The position numbers were made by a program, and so were the translations under genes. Source: an uncultured Angelakisella sp. (GTDB lineage Bacteria > Bacillota > Clostridia > Oscillospirales > Ruminococcaceae). Taken from it: DNA of 64,000 nucleotides. The DNA lies in NCBI GenBank assembly GCA_910585525.1, contig CAJUFR010000006.1:4506-68505 (forward strand), written 5' to 3'. Under the pieces are notes generated by a model. That model did no database searches. It saw only the letters and a program-made list of their open reading frames with translations, and had not been told where the DNA came from. Of the stretch, positions 53,879 to 63,477 are shown one piece after another; the stretch's first letter is position 1, and each line of letters begins with the position of its first letter.

Positions 53879-55372
53879 TTACTCGTCCTCCGACCACTTG
53901 GCGGCACGGCTCACCGCCTTGTTCCAGCCGGCCAGCAGCCTGGCCCGCTCCTCTTGTTTCATCTCCGGCCGGTAGACCTTGTCCAGGGTCCACTGGGCCT
54001 TGATGTCCTCCAGGTCCTTCCAGACGCCGGTGGCCAGCCCCGCCAGGTAGGCCGCCCCCAGGGCGGTGGTCTCCCGGATCATGGGCCGGCGGATGGCGCA
54101 GTCCATGATATCCGCCTGGAACTGCATCAGGAAGTTGTTGGCCGAGGCCCCGCCGTCCACCCGCAGTTCCCGCAGCTTCTCCCCGGTGTCCTGCTCCATG
54201 GCTGCCAGCACGTCCCGGGTCTGGTAGGCGATGGCCTCCAGGGCGGCACGGATGATGTGGTTGCGCCCCGCGCCGCGGGTCAGCCCCAGGATGGCCCCCC
54301 GGGCGTACATATCCCAGTGGGGCGCCCCCAGGCCGGTGAAGGCCGGCACCACGTAGACGCCGCCGTTGTCCCTGACACGGGTGGCGAAGTACTCGCTGTC
54401 CCCGCTGTCGCTGATGAGCCGCAGTTCGTCCCGGAGCCACTGGACCACGGCGCCCCCTACAAAGACGCTGCCCTCCAGGCAGTACTGCACCTTGCCCCCC
54501 ATGCCCATGGCGATGGTGGTGAGGAGGCCGTTTTTGCTCTGGACCATCTTTTCCCCGGTGTTCATCAGCAGGAAGCAGCCGGTGCCGTAGGTGTTCTTCG
54601 CCTCCCCGGCCCCGAAGCAGGTCTGGCCAAAGAGGGCGGCCTGCTGGTCCCCGGCGCACCCGGCCACCGGCACCTCCACCCCCTGGAGGTTGGCGGTGCC
54701 GTAGATCTGGCTGCACCCGCAGACGGCGGGCAGCATCTCCATGGGGATGTCCAGGGCATCGCAGATGCGCTGGTCCCAGCAGAGGTCCCGGATGTTATAC
54801 AGCATAGTCCGGCTGGCGTTGGTGTAATCGGTGACGTGGGCGATGCCCCCGGTGAGTTTCCAGATAAGCCAGCTGTCCACCGTGCCGAAGAGCAGTTCCC
54901 CCCGCTTTGCCCGCTCCCGGGCCCCGGGGACGGTGTCCAGTATCCACTTCAGCTTGGTGGCGGAGAAGTAGGCGTCCACCAGCAGGCCGGTGTGGTCCTT
55001 GATGTAGGCGGTGAGTTCCTTGTCCTCCAGCAGCTTCTGGCAGATGGGGGCGGTGCGGCGGCACTGCCACACGATGGCGTTGCAGACAGGACGCCCCGTC
55101 TCCTTCTCCCAGACGATGGTGGTCTCCCGCTGGTTGGTGATGCCGATGCCGGCGATCTCCTGGGGGTCGATGCCGCTTTGGGCCAGCACCTCCATCAGGA
55201 CGCCGTACTGGGAGGAATAGATCTCCATGGGGTCGTGCTCCACCCAGCCCGGCTTGGGGTAGTGCTGGGTGAACTCCTTCTGGGCCAGGCCCACGATGTT
55301 CTGCTCCCGGTCGAAGATGATGGCCCGGGAGCTGGTGGTGCCCTGGTCCAGGGCGATGATGTACTGCTTCAC
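53879..55372 (-). CDS. glpK: glycerol kinase
   Basis: Track ORF trimmed to GTG at 55372, 9 nt after AAGGAG ([20 protein letters not shown]). FGGY kinase motifs run throughout. Confidence 0.95.
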   Translation of the reverse strand: MKQYIIALDQGTTSSRAIIFDREQNIVGLAQKEFTQHYPKPGWVEHDPMEIYSSQYGVLMEVLAQSGIDPQEIAGIGITNQRETTIVWEKETGRPVCNAIVWQCRRTAPICQKLLEDKELTAYIKDHTGLLVDAYFSATKLKWILDTVPGARERAKRGELLFGTVDSWLIWKLTGGIAHVTDYTNASRTMLYNIRDLCWDQRICDALDIPMEMLPAVCGCSQIYGTANLQGVEVPVAGCAGDQQAALFGQTCFGAGEAKNTYGTGCFLLMNTGEKMVQSKNGLLTTIAMGMGGKVQYCLEGSVFVGGAVVQWLRDELRLISDSGDSEYFATRVRDNGGVYVVPAFTGLGAPHWDMYARGAILGLTRGAGRNHIIRAALEAIAYQTRDVLAAMEQDTGEKLRELRVDGGASANNFLMQFQADIMDCAIRRPMIRETTALGAAYLAGLATGVWKDLEDIKAQWTLDKVYRPEMKQEERARLLAGWNKAVSRAAKWSEDE

Positions 55373-55395
55373 AAGACAAAACTCCTTTCGATAAA

Positions 55396-55436
55396 AGAAA
55401 AAAGAGCCAGACTGGGAAGGGGGTCCCCCTGCCCAG
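55396..55436 (-). terminator. possible leader terminator/attenuator upstream of glpK
   Basis: Minus strand reads CUGGGCAGGGGG-a-CCCCCUUCCCAG, then ucuggcucUUUUUUcUUUU, between a TTGACA-18 nt-TATGAT promoter (55493-55464) and the glpK SD. Confidence 0.4.
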
Positions 55437-55557
55437 CCACGTCTCCTGCACAACAACAGTTATATCATAGAGGAAAGGCAAGCCCCTTGTCAAGGAGGCG
55501 GAAGGATTCTTGTGGGAAGTCACAGGATGGTCTGTCGTTTTTTGGTCAAATCGCAAA

Positions 55558-55586
55558 TTGCATGTCGAAGCCATATTCTCTATAAT
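55558..55586 (+). promoter_or_regulatory. sigma-A type promoter of the hydrolase gene
   Basis: TTGCAT-17 nt-TATAAT. The leader contains an 11-bp inverted repeat, ATGATTTCACT...AGTGAAATCAT. Confidence 0.6.
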
Positions 55587-55700
55587 GTAAATGAAATGAT
55601 TTCACTATCGAATAAAAATATCTACAGTGAAATCATCCTTCCTGCGCAACAGGCGGTCCCCCAAAAGAAAAGAAGGAAACGGAAAAAGGAGTGTGTGTTT

Positions 55701-57632
55701 ATGAAGACAGCGGTCTCCCAGGGGCTCAGCACCAAAACAGCGGTACGGCTTCTCTGCGTGGCCATCGTCCTGGTGCTGGTCAGCTGCATCGGGGCGTCAG
55801 CGCTGCAGACCGACTTCGGCAGGGTGCAGATCACCAAATTCACCATCCCCACCGACAACGGCAAGTGGGTGTCCGGCAACCTCTTCCGCCCGGTGTCCGC
55901 CTCGGCGGATGACCCCGTCCCCCTGGTCATCACCAGCCACGGGTACCTGAACAACAACCAGATGCAGGATATCACCGCCATCGAGCTTTCCCGCCGGGGG
56001 ATCGCCGTGATGGCTATGGACGCCTATTACCACGGTGATTCCAGCAGTTCCAACTATCTCCAGGGCGATTCCGGCACCGCGGAGGGGATGGGGATGATCC
56101 CCCTGGTGGAGTACGCCTACTACAACCTGGATTATATCGATAACAGCCGCATCGGTGTCACCGGCCACTCCATGGGCGGCGGCAACACCTGGGGCACTGC
56201 CCAGCACTACGGGCGGAAGTACCTGGAGGCCCTTGCGGCGGCTCAGGACCCGGCCTCTGAGGGGGGCGCCGAGATCACCGGCCACGAGCAGGCTGTCATC
56301 CGGGAGGCCGACAAGATCGCCGCCGCCTTCCCCACCTCCTCCATCCGCAACTCCACCCCGGAGGCGATGGCGGAGATACACTGTAACTTCGGCGCCAACT
56401 TCGGCTTCTACGACGAGGGCGCTTACCGCTGCGTCAACGGCGACGGCGACATGACCGACGCCCCGGAGAGCGCCTATATCATCAACTCGGTCCTTCCCGC
56501 CGACCAGGCGGTGACCAACGTGGAGATCGGCAAATTCTACGGCAGCGCCAGCGACGGCACCCTCCGGGTGGTCTACAACCCCAAGGAGATCCACCCCTGG
56601 CAGCACTTCTCGGTCCAAAGTTCGGAGCACATGTCGGAGTTCTTCACCACCGCCTTCGGCATCCAGCCCTCCATCCCCCTAAACGACCAGCTGTGGCTGT
56701 GGAAGGAACTGCTCAACTTCCTGGGGCTCATCGGCTCCTTCCTGGCCATCGTCCCCATGGCGGCCCTGCTGCTGCGGGTCCCGGTCTTTGCCACCCTCCG
56801 CACCCCTGTCCCCCCTGCTCTCCCCGCTCTTACTACCTCCCAGAGCAAGCTGTTCTTCTGGGGCAGCTGGGTGCTCAGCTGGGTCATCTCCTGGCTCTCC
56901 TTCATGCCGGTGGGCAAGCTGGACCAGTACCTCTTCCCGGCGGTCACCAACCGGGGCACCAGCGCCTGGTTCCCCCAGCCCACCACCAACTTCATCCTGC
57001 TGTGGGCGGTGTTCAACGGCCTGGTGGGGCTGCTGCTGTTCTGGCTCTCCTACAAGTTCCGGGGCAAGGATAACGGCGTCGATCCCAAGATGTGGGGCAT
57101 CCGCACCACCCTCCCGGAGTTCGTAAAGACCCTGGCCCTGGCGTTCTGCGTCTTTATCGGCTTCTACTCCTTCGTGATGTTCGCCGATTACTTCTTCCAC
57201 ACCGACTTCCGCATCTGGACCCTGGATATCCGGGCCTTTACCGCCAACAAGTTCCTCATCGCCCTGGAATACTGGCCCTTCTTCTTCATCTTCTACGCCG
57301 CCAACTCCATCGCGGTGAACAGCGCCAACCGGGTGGAGGGCCAGAAGGAAGGGTTCAACCTCTTCATCTGCGGCCTGGGCAACTCTATGGGGGTCATCAT
57401 CCTCAACCTGATCCAGTACGGCACCGTGTTCGCCACCGGCGTCCCCCACTGGCAGGCCGACTGGCTCCGTCCCCTGGTCATCGTCCCTCTTATCGTCCAG
57501 CTGTTCGTGGCGGCCTACATCAGCCGGTATCTCTTTAAGGAGACCGGCAAGGTGTGGCTGGGGGCGATGGTGAATTGCCTCATCATCGTGATGATGGGCG
57601 TGGCCAACACCACCTCCTTCCTGCCTCTTTGA
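55701..57632 (+). CDS. alpha/beta hydrolase domain fused to a large polytopic membrane domain
   Basis: Track ORF trimmed to ATG at 55701 after AAAGGAG (MKTAVSQGLSTKTAVRLLCVAIVLVLVSC). It has the nucleophile elbow GHSMGG. The C-terminal ~300 aa carry many hydrophobic helices. Confidence 0.7.
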   Translation: MKTAVSQGLSTKTAVRLLCVAIVLVLVSCIGASALQTDFGRVQITKFTIPTDNGKWVSGNLFRPVSASADDPVPLVITSHGYLNNNQMQDITAIELSRRGIAVMAMDAYYHGDSSSSNYLQGDSGTAEGMGMIPLVEYAYYNLDYIDNSRIGVTGHSMGGGNTWGTAQHYGRKYLEALAAAQDPASEGGAEITGHEQAVIREADKIAAAFPTSSIRNSTPEAMAEIHCNFGANFGFYDEGAYRCVNGDGDMTDAPESAYIINSVLPADQAVTNVEIGKFYGSASDGTLRVVYNPKEIHPWQHFSVQSSEHMSEFFTTAFGIQPSIPLNDQLWLWKELLNFLGLIGSFLAIVPMAALLLRVPVFATLRTPVPPALPALTTSQSKLFFWGSWVLSWVISWLSFMPVGKLDQYLFPAVTNRGTSAWFPQPTTNFILLWAVFNGLVGLLLFWLSYKFRGKDNGVDPKMWGIRTTLPEFVKTLALAFCVFIGFYSFVMFADYFFHTDFRIWTLDIRAFTANKFLIALEYWPFFFIFYAANSIAVNSANRVEGQKEGFNLFICGLGNSMGVIILNLIQYGTVFATGVPHWQADWLRPLVIVPLIVQLFVAAYISRYLFKETGKVWLGAMVNCLIIVMMGVANTTSFLPL

Positions 57633-57650
57633 TCCCTCTCAAAATATGTC

Positions 57651-57697
57651 TGCAAGGCGGGCGCTGTGGATATCCATGGCGCCCGCCTTGCATTTTT
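57651..57697 (+). terminator. intrinsic terminator
   Basis: TGCAAGGCGGGCGC...GCGCCCGCCTTGCA followed by TTTTT. Confidence 0.8.
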
Positions 57698-57752
57698 CGA
57701 CAAATGTTCTATAATAGGTAACAAGATGGTTCGGAAGGGCAGGTGATCGGGG

Positions 57753-58298
57753 ATGAAGCTGGAGTGGATGGGCGAATACCGGGACTTTGTGGAAAAGATG
57801 ATCAAATATGGCAACGCCTACGCGACCCGCTGCCAGAAGGAGCACTACTTTGGCAGCGAGATACTCTTCTCCCCTTCGCAGCTTCAGACCATGGAGTACA
57901 TCCTGGAAAGCGAGGACCAGCACCAAAGCATGGTGGAGATCGCCGCCCGCCTGGGGGTCTCCCCCGCCACCTTCTCCCGGAACGTCAAGCGGATGGTGGA
58001 AAAGGGGCTGCTGGAAAAATACCACCTGGAGGGGAACCGCAAGACGGTCATCGTGAAGGTCTCCCCCCTGGGCCGCAAGACCTACGAGGACTATTCCCGG
58101 TTTGTCTTGAAGTACCGCTTCCAGCGGCTTTTTGACATGCTGGACGAGATACCGCCCCAGTGGAGGGAAAAGCTGGCTGATATCATCGACGCCTGGTCCA
58201 CCTACGTCCCCCAGCCCCAAAATGCCGAGGAGGAACGGACCTGGGATTCCCGCCCCAGGGATGCCGAGGAAAAGCCGAACCTGATCAGGATCGAATAG
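57753..58298 (+). CDS. MarR-family transcriptional regulator
   Basis: Track ORF of 181 aa with a winged helix (MVEIAARLGVSPATFSRNVKRMVEKGLLEKYHLEGNRKTVIVKVS). Confidence 0.8.
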   Translation: MKLEWMGEYRDFVEKMIKYGNAYATRCQKEHYFGSEILFSPSQLQTMEYILESEDQHQSMVEIAARLGVSPATFSRNVKRMVEKGLLEKYHLEGNRKTVIVKVSPLGRKTYEDYSRFVLKYRFQRLFDMLDEIPPQWREKLADIIDAWSTYVPQPQNAEEERTWDSRPRDAEEKPNLIRIE

Positions 58299-58316
58299 CA
58301 CCACCGCCCACCGGCG

Positions 58317-58338
58317 CCGCCCGGGGGGCGGTTTTTTT
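58317..58338 (+). terminator. intrinsic terminator after MarR gene
   Basis: CCGCCC-ggg-GGGCGG followed by TTTTTTT. Confidence 0.7.
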
Positions 58339-58418
58339 GCGGCCGCCGGGGCGGGGGCCGGCGGCGGATGGTGGAGTTTACCAAGAGATTGGGTCGTTTC
58401 TTGTTGAAAATGCAGAGC

Positions 58419-58429
58419 AAAATATCATA
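58419..58429. repeat. left copy of 11-bp direct repeat AAAATATCATA flanking the islet
   Basis: An identical 11-mer recurs at 60233-60243 near the other composition boundary. Confidence 0.5.
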
Positions 58430-58437
58430 ATGTGAAA

Positions 58438-58485
58438 CAAGGGAGCATGAGACTGCAAAATGCAGTCCCATGCTCCCTTGTTTTT
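58438..58485. terminator. long hairpin terminator at the islet edge
   Basis: CAAGGGAGCATG-a-GACTGCA-aaa-TGCAGTC-c-CATGCTCCCTTG followed by TTTTT on the plus strand. It lies just downstream of the minus-strand protease remnant. Confidence 0.6.
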
Positions 58486-58500
58486 GTATTATTTTACCGG

Positions 58501-59065
58501 CTATCGGCCACTATATTCATAGATGGTATTGAATAGCCATTCATTTATAGCAAGGCCACGAGAATAATATGAATAACTGCCCACATTGATTGCCCTAACA
58601 TATGTATCATCAATACCCTTTTCTAATATAGGTCCACCACTAAATCCATAAACTGTCTCTCCATTAAACAAAATCACAGGTAGAGACCTTGCACCTGGGT
58701 CTATAAGGTGCACATCTTCTCTAGCAAATTTTGCTGGTATCCCCGTACTGCTTTCTGAAAAGTAGCCCAAAACCACGGCATATAATCCATCAAGTTCGGA
58801 AAGATCTGTTACATAGTCAAATCCAAAATAACCAACAGAAGTAGTTTCACTTGTAGTTATGATTCCCCAATCGTCAAGTTGGGGGTTTTTCCCATTAGCA
58901 TATTCACCACCAATATATATTTCCTTATGCGTATATTTTTTCCCATAGTTACTTAAACTTACAAATTCTGTATATATATTAACTTCATAAGCCCAAGTTT
59001 CCGTATCCATATCATATAGAGTATGGGCACAAGTAAGAACACCCTACAACAACTATCTTTTTCAT
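58501..59065 (-). pseudogene. decayed trypsin-like (S1) serine protease
   Basis: The 169-aa track ORF has the Asp (DDWGIITT) and Ser (GFSGGPI) motifs. The His motif (GVLTCAHTLYD) lies in the same frame upstream but is cut off by TAG. A good SD and ATG at 59065 open a different frame (MKKIVVVGCSYLCPYSI-stop). Confidence 0.55.
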
Positions 59066-59082
59066 TTTGTTTCTCCTTTTCT

Positions 59083-60021
59083 TTATTCTCCTTCGTATAT
59101 CACATCTCCTTCCGCAAAAATTTTGATTTTAACATTGTTTTTATTGTAGTTTTTTATATACTTTTCCTTTGCTGTTTTCGCTAATGTCTCTAACAAAGAA
59201 GTTTGGAATAGTTGCGCAATATTATTTGTGCTACTATTCAGCTCTATCTCAATAATAGGGTCAATAGAAATATATTGGTACATCTTGCTGCTTCCTTGGG
59301 TTATCTCAACAGTTTGACCGGTAATCACATCAAAGCGTTTTAATGTTATATCAGCGGGAAGCCTGGACATATCCCGCCACGCATAAAACAGTTCCTCATT
59401 ACCTCCTAAAATCTCTGTCTTGCAGCTTTCTATTTGAGAAGTCTTCTCAGAAAAAAAGTATATAGTCTCAACTGGGTCCTCCTCCAATATGATTGTACAG
59501 TCCATAGATAGGCTGTCTGCCCTTTCCTCGTAAACAGGAATCTCTCCCAAAGCAATATCAGAAACAGTGATCGTTACAGTTGCTTTGCCGCTTTTTCCAT
59601 ATTTTTCCCGAATTGTTTGCGACAAGGTCTTCCATAAAACCGTTTGATCCTTTTCAATATACGGCTGCATTTCCTTGCTTATCTTCACGATAATATAAGG
59701 ATAAGGCGACATTTCCGGCACGAACTCCACTGAAAAATGGTCAAGTGCGATACAAGAGGGAAGGCCGGATAAATTTCTCCAAACGGAAAATAGGCTTTCT
59801 TCATTCTCTATGTTTTCTATGGCGCAGTTCTCAACTTGAGATGTTTCCCGCGAATAATAGTATATTGTCTCTAACTTACCCGATTTTTCACCAGCTACTG
59901 GTCCCGGCAATATACGCTCGCATCTGTTGAAATTCTCTGTTATCCACAACCCTAATAGTGATAGAACGGATAACATCGCAATTATTATAATCGCTTTGGA
60001 ATATTTATTTTTTTTGAGCAA
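59083..60021 (-). CDS. membrane-anchored protein with two tandem homologous domains (GerMN-like?)
   Basis: Track ORF 59083..60060 starts at TTG without an SD. I prefer TTG at 60021, 6 nt after AGGAGA. An N-terminal TM segment precedes two repeats beginning ETIYYYSRETSQVENC and ETIYFFSEKTSQIESC. Codon usage is AT-rich. Confidence 0.6.
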   Translation of the reverse strand: MLKKNKYSKAIIIIAMLSVLSLLGLWITENFNRCERILPGPVAGEKSGKLETIYYYSRETSQVENCAIENIENEESLFSVWRNLSGLPSCIALDHFSVEFVPEMSPYPYIIVKISKEMQPYIEKDQTVLWKTLSQTIREKYGKSGKATVTITVSDIALGEIPVYEERADSLSMDCTIILEEDPVETIYFFSEKTSQIESCKTEILGGNEELFYAWRDMSRLPADITLKRFDVITGQTVEITQGSSKMYQYISIDPIIEIELNSSTNNIAQLFQTSLLETLAKTAKEKYIKNYNKNNVKIKIFAEGDVIYEGE

Positions 60022-60232
60022 GGCATTTCTCCTATACAGTTGTTTTCTAATTGCTTGCAAATAAAGACAATCTCTAAATATAATTTATCATCATAGCAGC
60101 TTCTTTTCAAGTGGATTTTTCCCTATAAATCCGCATTGAGAATTATGTATTTTATATAAATTCCCATATTGTGGAAGATAAATTGTTGTAAAATCGAACA
60201 AGCTGATTATATATCAAGTTTATAAATGTCTT

Positions 60233-60243
60233 AAAATATCATA
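60233..60243. repeat. right copy of 11-bp direct repeat AAAATATCATA
   Basis: Identical to 58419-58429. Confidence 0.5.
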
Positions 60244-60248
60244 TAGAC

Positions 60249-60314
60249 ATGGACCGCATCCGCCTCTACTCCAAAAAAGAGACCGAACCCCACACCCTGG
60301 TCAAGATCGAGTGA
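60249..60314 (+). pseudogene. possible 3-prime remnant of a host gene truncated by the islet
   Basis: High-GC reading frame ...[20 protein letters not shown]-stop starts exactly at the composition boundary. A host-type terminator follows it. Confidence 0.3.
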
Positions 60315-60336
60315 GGGGCACGAGACTGTCATAAAA

Positions 60337-60371
60337 AGCGCCAGCCTGGATAGGTCCGGGCTGGCGCTTTT
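60337..60371 (+). terminator. intrinsic terminator
   Basis: AGCGCCAGCC...GGCTGGCGCT followed by TTT. Confidence 0.7.
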
Positions 60372-60397
60372 AAATCAACTCCCCCCCAACTTCCCCC

Positions 60398-60426
60398 TTG
60401 ACACCCCCGCCCCATCCTCGTATAAT
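60398..60426 (+). promoter_or_regulatory. consensus sigma-A promoter of pyrG
   Basis: TTGACA-17 nt-TATAAT, about 110 nt upstream of the pyrG ATG. Confidence 0.7.
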
Positions 60427-60537
60427 AAACGACTGTACAAAGGCGTCTGCTCAGGATATTCTGCCACCCGGGAGAATGTCTTTGGGTCGGGCGCTTTCTC
60501 TGTTTTGGGGCCGTCTTCGGCCGGGGAGGGATCGCGT

Positions 60538-62175
60538 ATGGAAAAACAGGTGCGTTATATCTTCGTCACAGGGGGGGTGGTGTCCGGGCTGGGCAAGGGC
60601 ATCAGCGCGGCGTCTTTGGGCAGATTATTAAAGGCCCGGGGGCTGCGGGTGGCGGCCCAGAAGCTGGACCCCTACGTCAACCTGGACCCCGGCACCATGA
60701 GCCCCTACCAGCACGGGGAGGTGTTCGTCACCCAGGACGGGGCCGAGACCGACCTGGACCTGGGGCACTACGAGCGGTTCATCGACGAGGACCTGAACCG
60801 GTACTCCAACCTCACCTCCGGCCGGGTCTACTGGGAGGTGCTGCACAAGGAGCGCCGGGGGGAATATCTGGGCAGCACCGTCCAGGTCATCCCCCACGTC
60901 ACCGGGGAGATCAAGGGCTTCATCGCCGCCCTGGCCCGGCGCACCGAACCCGATGTCATCATCACCGAGATCGGCGGCACCATCGGGGACATCGAGAGCC
61001 AGCCCTTTTTGGAGGCCATCCGCCAGCTTTCCCGGGAGGTGGGGCGGCAGAACTGCCTTTTCCTCCACGTGGTGCTGGTGCCCTACCTCCGCTGCTCCGG
61101 GGAGCACAAGACCAAGCCCGCCCAGCACTCGGTGCGGGAACTGCGGAGCCTCGGCATCATCCCCGATGTCATCATCGCCCGGTGCGACGAGCCGCTGGAG
61201 CCGGGCATCCTGGACAAGCTGGCCCTCTTCTGTGACGTCCCGCCGGAGCATGTCATCGAAAACCGCACCCTTGGCAGCCTTTACCATGTGCCGCTGATGC
61301 TCCACCGGGCAGGGCTGGACCGCATCGTCTGCGACGCCCTGGGCCTTGCCGCCGGGGAGCCGGACCTGGCGGAGTGGGAGGCCCTCTGCCGCCGGGTGGA
61401 CCACCCCGGCAAGGGGGTGGAGATCGCCCTGGTGGGAAAATACGTGGAGCTCCACGACGCCTACCTCTCGGTGGCGGAGGCGCTGCGCCACGGGGGATAC
61501 GAGAACGACGCCCGGGTGGACATCCGCTGGGTGGATTCGGAGCAGCTGACCCGGGAGAAGGTGGCCGGGGCGCTGGCGGGGTGTGACGGGGTCATCGTCC
61601 CCGGGGGGTTCGGGGACCGGGGCATCGGGGGGATGGTGGAGGCCGCCCGGTACGCCCGGGAGCAAAAGCTGCCCTACTTCGGCATCTGCCTGGGGATGCA
61701 GGTGGCGGTGATCGAGGCCGCCCGGGACCTCCTGGGCCTTTCCGGCGCCGATTCCGCCGAGTTCGCCCCGGATACCCCCCACCCGGTGATCCACCTGATG
61801 CCGGACCAGCGGGGGGAGGTCCCCAAGGGGGGCACCATGCGGCTGGGGGCCTACCCCTGCCGCCTGCTGGAGGGCAGCCGCCTCCGGGCCGTCTACGGCC
61901 AGGGGGAGGTCGCCGAGCGGCACCGCCACCGGTACGAGGTGAACAATGACTACCGCCCCCTGCTGGAGGGCGCGGGGGGGCTCACCCTCTGCGGCCAGTC
62001 CCCCGACGGGCGGCTGGTGGAGGCCATCGAGAGAAAGGATCACCCCTTCTTTGTAGGGGTGCAGTACCACCCGGAATTCAAGTCCCGGCCCAACCGGGCC
62101 CACCCTGTTTTCCGGGCCTTTGTCGAAGCCGCCCTGGACCACAGGGCATCCGGGGAAACCTCCCCGCATAGATAA
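60538..62175 (+). CDS. pyrG: CTP synthase
   Basis: Track ORF trimmed to ATG at 60538 after GGAGGGA ([22 protein letters not shown]). It has a glutamine amidotransferase domain with GICLGMQ. Confidence 0.95.
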   Translation: MEKQVRYIFVTGGVVSGLGKGISAASLGRLLKARGLRVAAQKLDPYVNLDPGTMSPYQHGEVFVTQDGAETDLDLGHYERFIDEDLNRYSNLTSGRVYWEVLHKERRGEYLGSTVQVIPHVTGEIKGFIAALARRTEPDVIITEIGGTIGDIESQPFLEAIRQLSREVGRQNCLFLHVVLVPYLRCSGEHKTKPAQHSVRELRSLGIIPDVIIARCDEPLEPGILDKLALFCDVPPEHVIENRTLGSLYHVPLMLHRAGLDRIVCDALGLAAGEPDLAEWEALCRRVDHPGKGVEIALVGKYVELHDAYLSVAEALRHGGYENDARVDIRWVDSEQLTREKVAGALAGCDGVIVPGGFGDRGIGGMVEAARYAREQKLPYFGICLGMQVAVIEAARDLLGLSGADSAEFAPDTPHPVIHLMPDQRGEVPKGGTMRLGAYPCRLLEGSRLRAVYGQGEVAERHRHRYEVNNDYRPLLEGAGGLTLCGQSPDGRLVEAIERKDHPFFVGVQYHPEFKSRPNRAHPVFRAFVEAALDHRASGETSPHR

Positions 62176-62193
62176 GAAAGGAGCCGATGAGAT

Positions 62194-63465
62194 ATGCTGA
62201 CCGCTATTGTGGGCATCAATTGGGGGGACGAGGGGAAGGGCCGGATGGTGGACCTTCTCTCCCAGGGATATGAGGTGGTGTGCCGCTACCAGGGGGGCAA
62301 CAACGCCGGACACACCATTTACGTACAGGGGGAGAAGTTCGTCCTCAACCTCCTGCCCTCCGGCATCCTGCGGCGGGGGGTGGTGAACGTCCTGGGCCCC
62401 GGCATGGTGGTGGATATCGCCCACCTGCGGGCTGAGATGGAGCGCCTGGCCGGCCGGGGGGTATCCATCGGGCCGGACAACCTGAAGATCAGCAGCCGGG
62501 CCTGCATCTGCCTCCCCGCCAACGTCCGCCAGGACTGCCTGGAGGAGGACCGGCTGGCCGGGGCAAAGTTCGGCTCCACCCGCCGGGGCATCGGGCCTAT
62601 CTACGGGGATAAATACATGAAAAAGGCCCTGCGGATGGAGGACCTTCTGGACCCCGGCCGGCTGCGGCGGCAGCTGGAGCGGCTGCTGGACTGGAAGAAC
62701 CTGCTGCTGGAAAAGGGCTACGGCGCCCCGGCGGAGCAGCTGGAGGAGACCCTTGGGTGGCTCGCCCAAAACGGGGACCCCCTCAAGCCCTACATCTGCG
62801 ACACCGGCCTGCTGCTGGAGGACGCCTTGAAGGCCGGGAAACAGGTGCTGTTCGAAGCACAGCTGGGGGCGCTGCGGGATATCGACTACGGCATCTACCC
62901 CTACACCTCCTCCTCTACCACCCTGGCGGCCTACGCCCCCATCGGGGCGGGCATCCCCGGCAGAAAGCTGGACCGGGTGGTGGGGGTGATGAAGGCGTAC
63001 TCCTCCTGCGTGGGGGAAGGCCCCTTCACCTGCGAACTGTTCGGCCCCGAGGCCGACGCCCTCCGGGAAGCGGGGGGCGAGTACGGCGCCGCCACCGGGC
63101 GGCCCCGGCGGGTGGGCCCCTTTGACATCCCCGCCAGCCGGTACGGGGTCCGGGTCCAGGGGGCGGATGAACTGGCCCTCACCAAGCTGGATGTCCTTTC
63201 CTACCTGCCGGAGATCCCGGTCTGCACCCGGTACCTGGTGGATGGGACCGCCAGGTTGGACTTCCCCAGCGGCAGCGCCCTGGAGGAAGCAAAGCCGGTG
63301 GTGGAGCGCCTGCCCGGCTGGGGCTGCGGCATCGGCGGCTGCCGCCGGTGGCAGGACCTGCCGGAGGCCGCCCGGCGGTATGTGGAATACCTGGAGGACG
63401 CGGTGAACTGTCCCATCCGGTACGTCTCGGTGGGGGCGGACCGGGAGGATTATTTGACACGATAG
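62194..63465 (+). CDS. purA: adenylosuccinate synthase
   Basis: Track ORF of 423 aa: GINWGDEGKGRMVD, GGNNAGHT, GSTRRGIGP. Confidence 0.95.
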   Translation: MLTAIVGINWGDEGKGRMVDLLSQGYEVVCRYQGGNNAGHTIYVQGEKFVLNLLPSGILRRGVVNVLGPGMVVDIAHLRAEMERLAGRGVSIGPDNLKISSRACICLPANVRQDCLEEDRLAGAKFGSTRRGIGPIYGDKYMKKALRMEDLLDPGRLRRQLERLLDWKNLLLEKGYGAPAEQLEETLGWLAQNGDPLKPYICDTGLLLEDALKAGKQVLFEAQLGALRDIDYGIYPYTSSSTTLAAYAPIGAGIPGRKLDRVVGVMKAYSSCVGEGPFTCELFGPEADALREAGGEYGAATGRPRRVGPFDIPASRYGVRVQGADELALTKLDVLSYLPEIPVCTRYLVDGTARLDFPSGSALEEAKPVVERLPGWGCGIGGCRRWQDLPEAARRYVEYLEDAVNCPIRYVSVGADREDYLTR

Positions 63466-63477
63466 GAGAATGACACC

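Larger units (their letters stand above)
58385..60248. other. low-GC genomic islet (foreign-looking DNA)
   Basis: 60-nt lines I counted inside the islet have 14 to 24 G+C, whereas flanking host lines are far more GC-rich. The composition switches sharply at about 58385 and 60248. Confidence 0.75.

Noticed and set aside
59012-59065. 17-codon ORF (MKKIVVVGCSYLCPYSI) as a genuine small protein
   Set aside because: It is better explained as the original start of the decayed protease gene, now out of frame with the His/Asp/Ser-encoding frame.
60427-60537. pyrG leader as a CTP-sensing reiterative-transcription attenuator, as in B. subtilis
   Set aside because: The region after the consensus promoter does not start with the GGGC-type initially transcribed sequence. 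The only clean hairpin (GGCCG-ucuu-CGGCC) has no U-tract.
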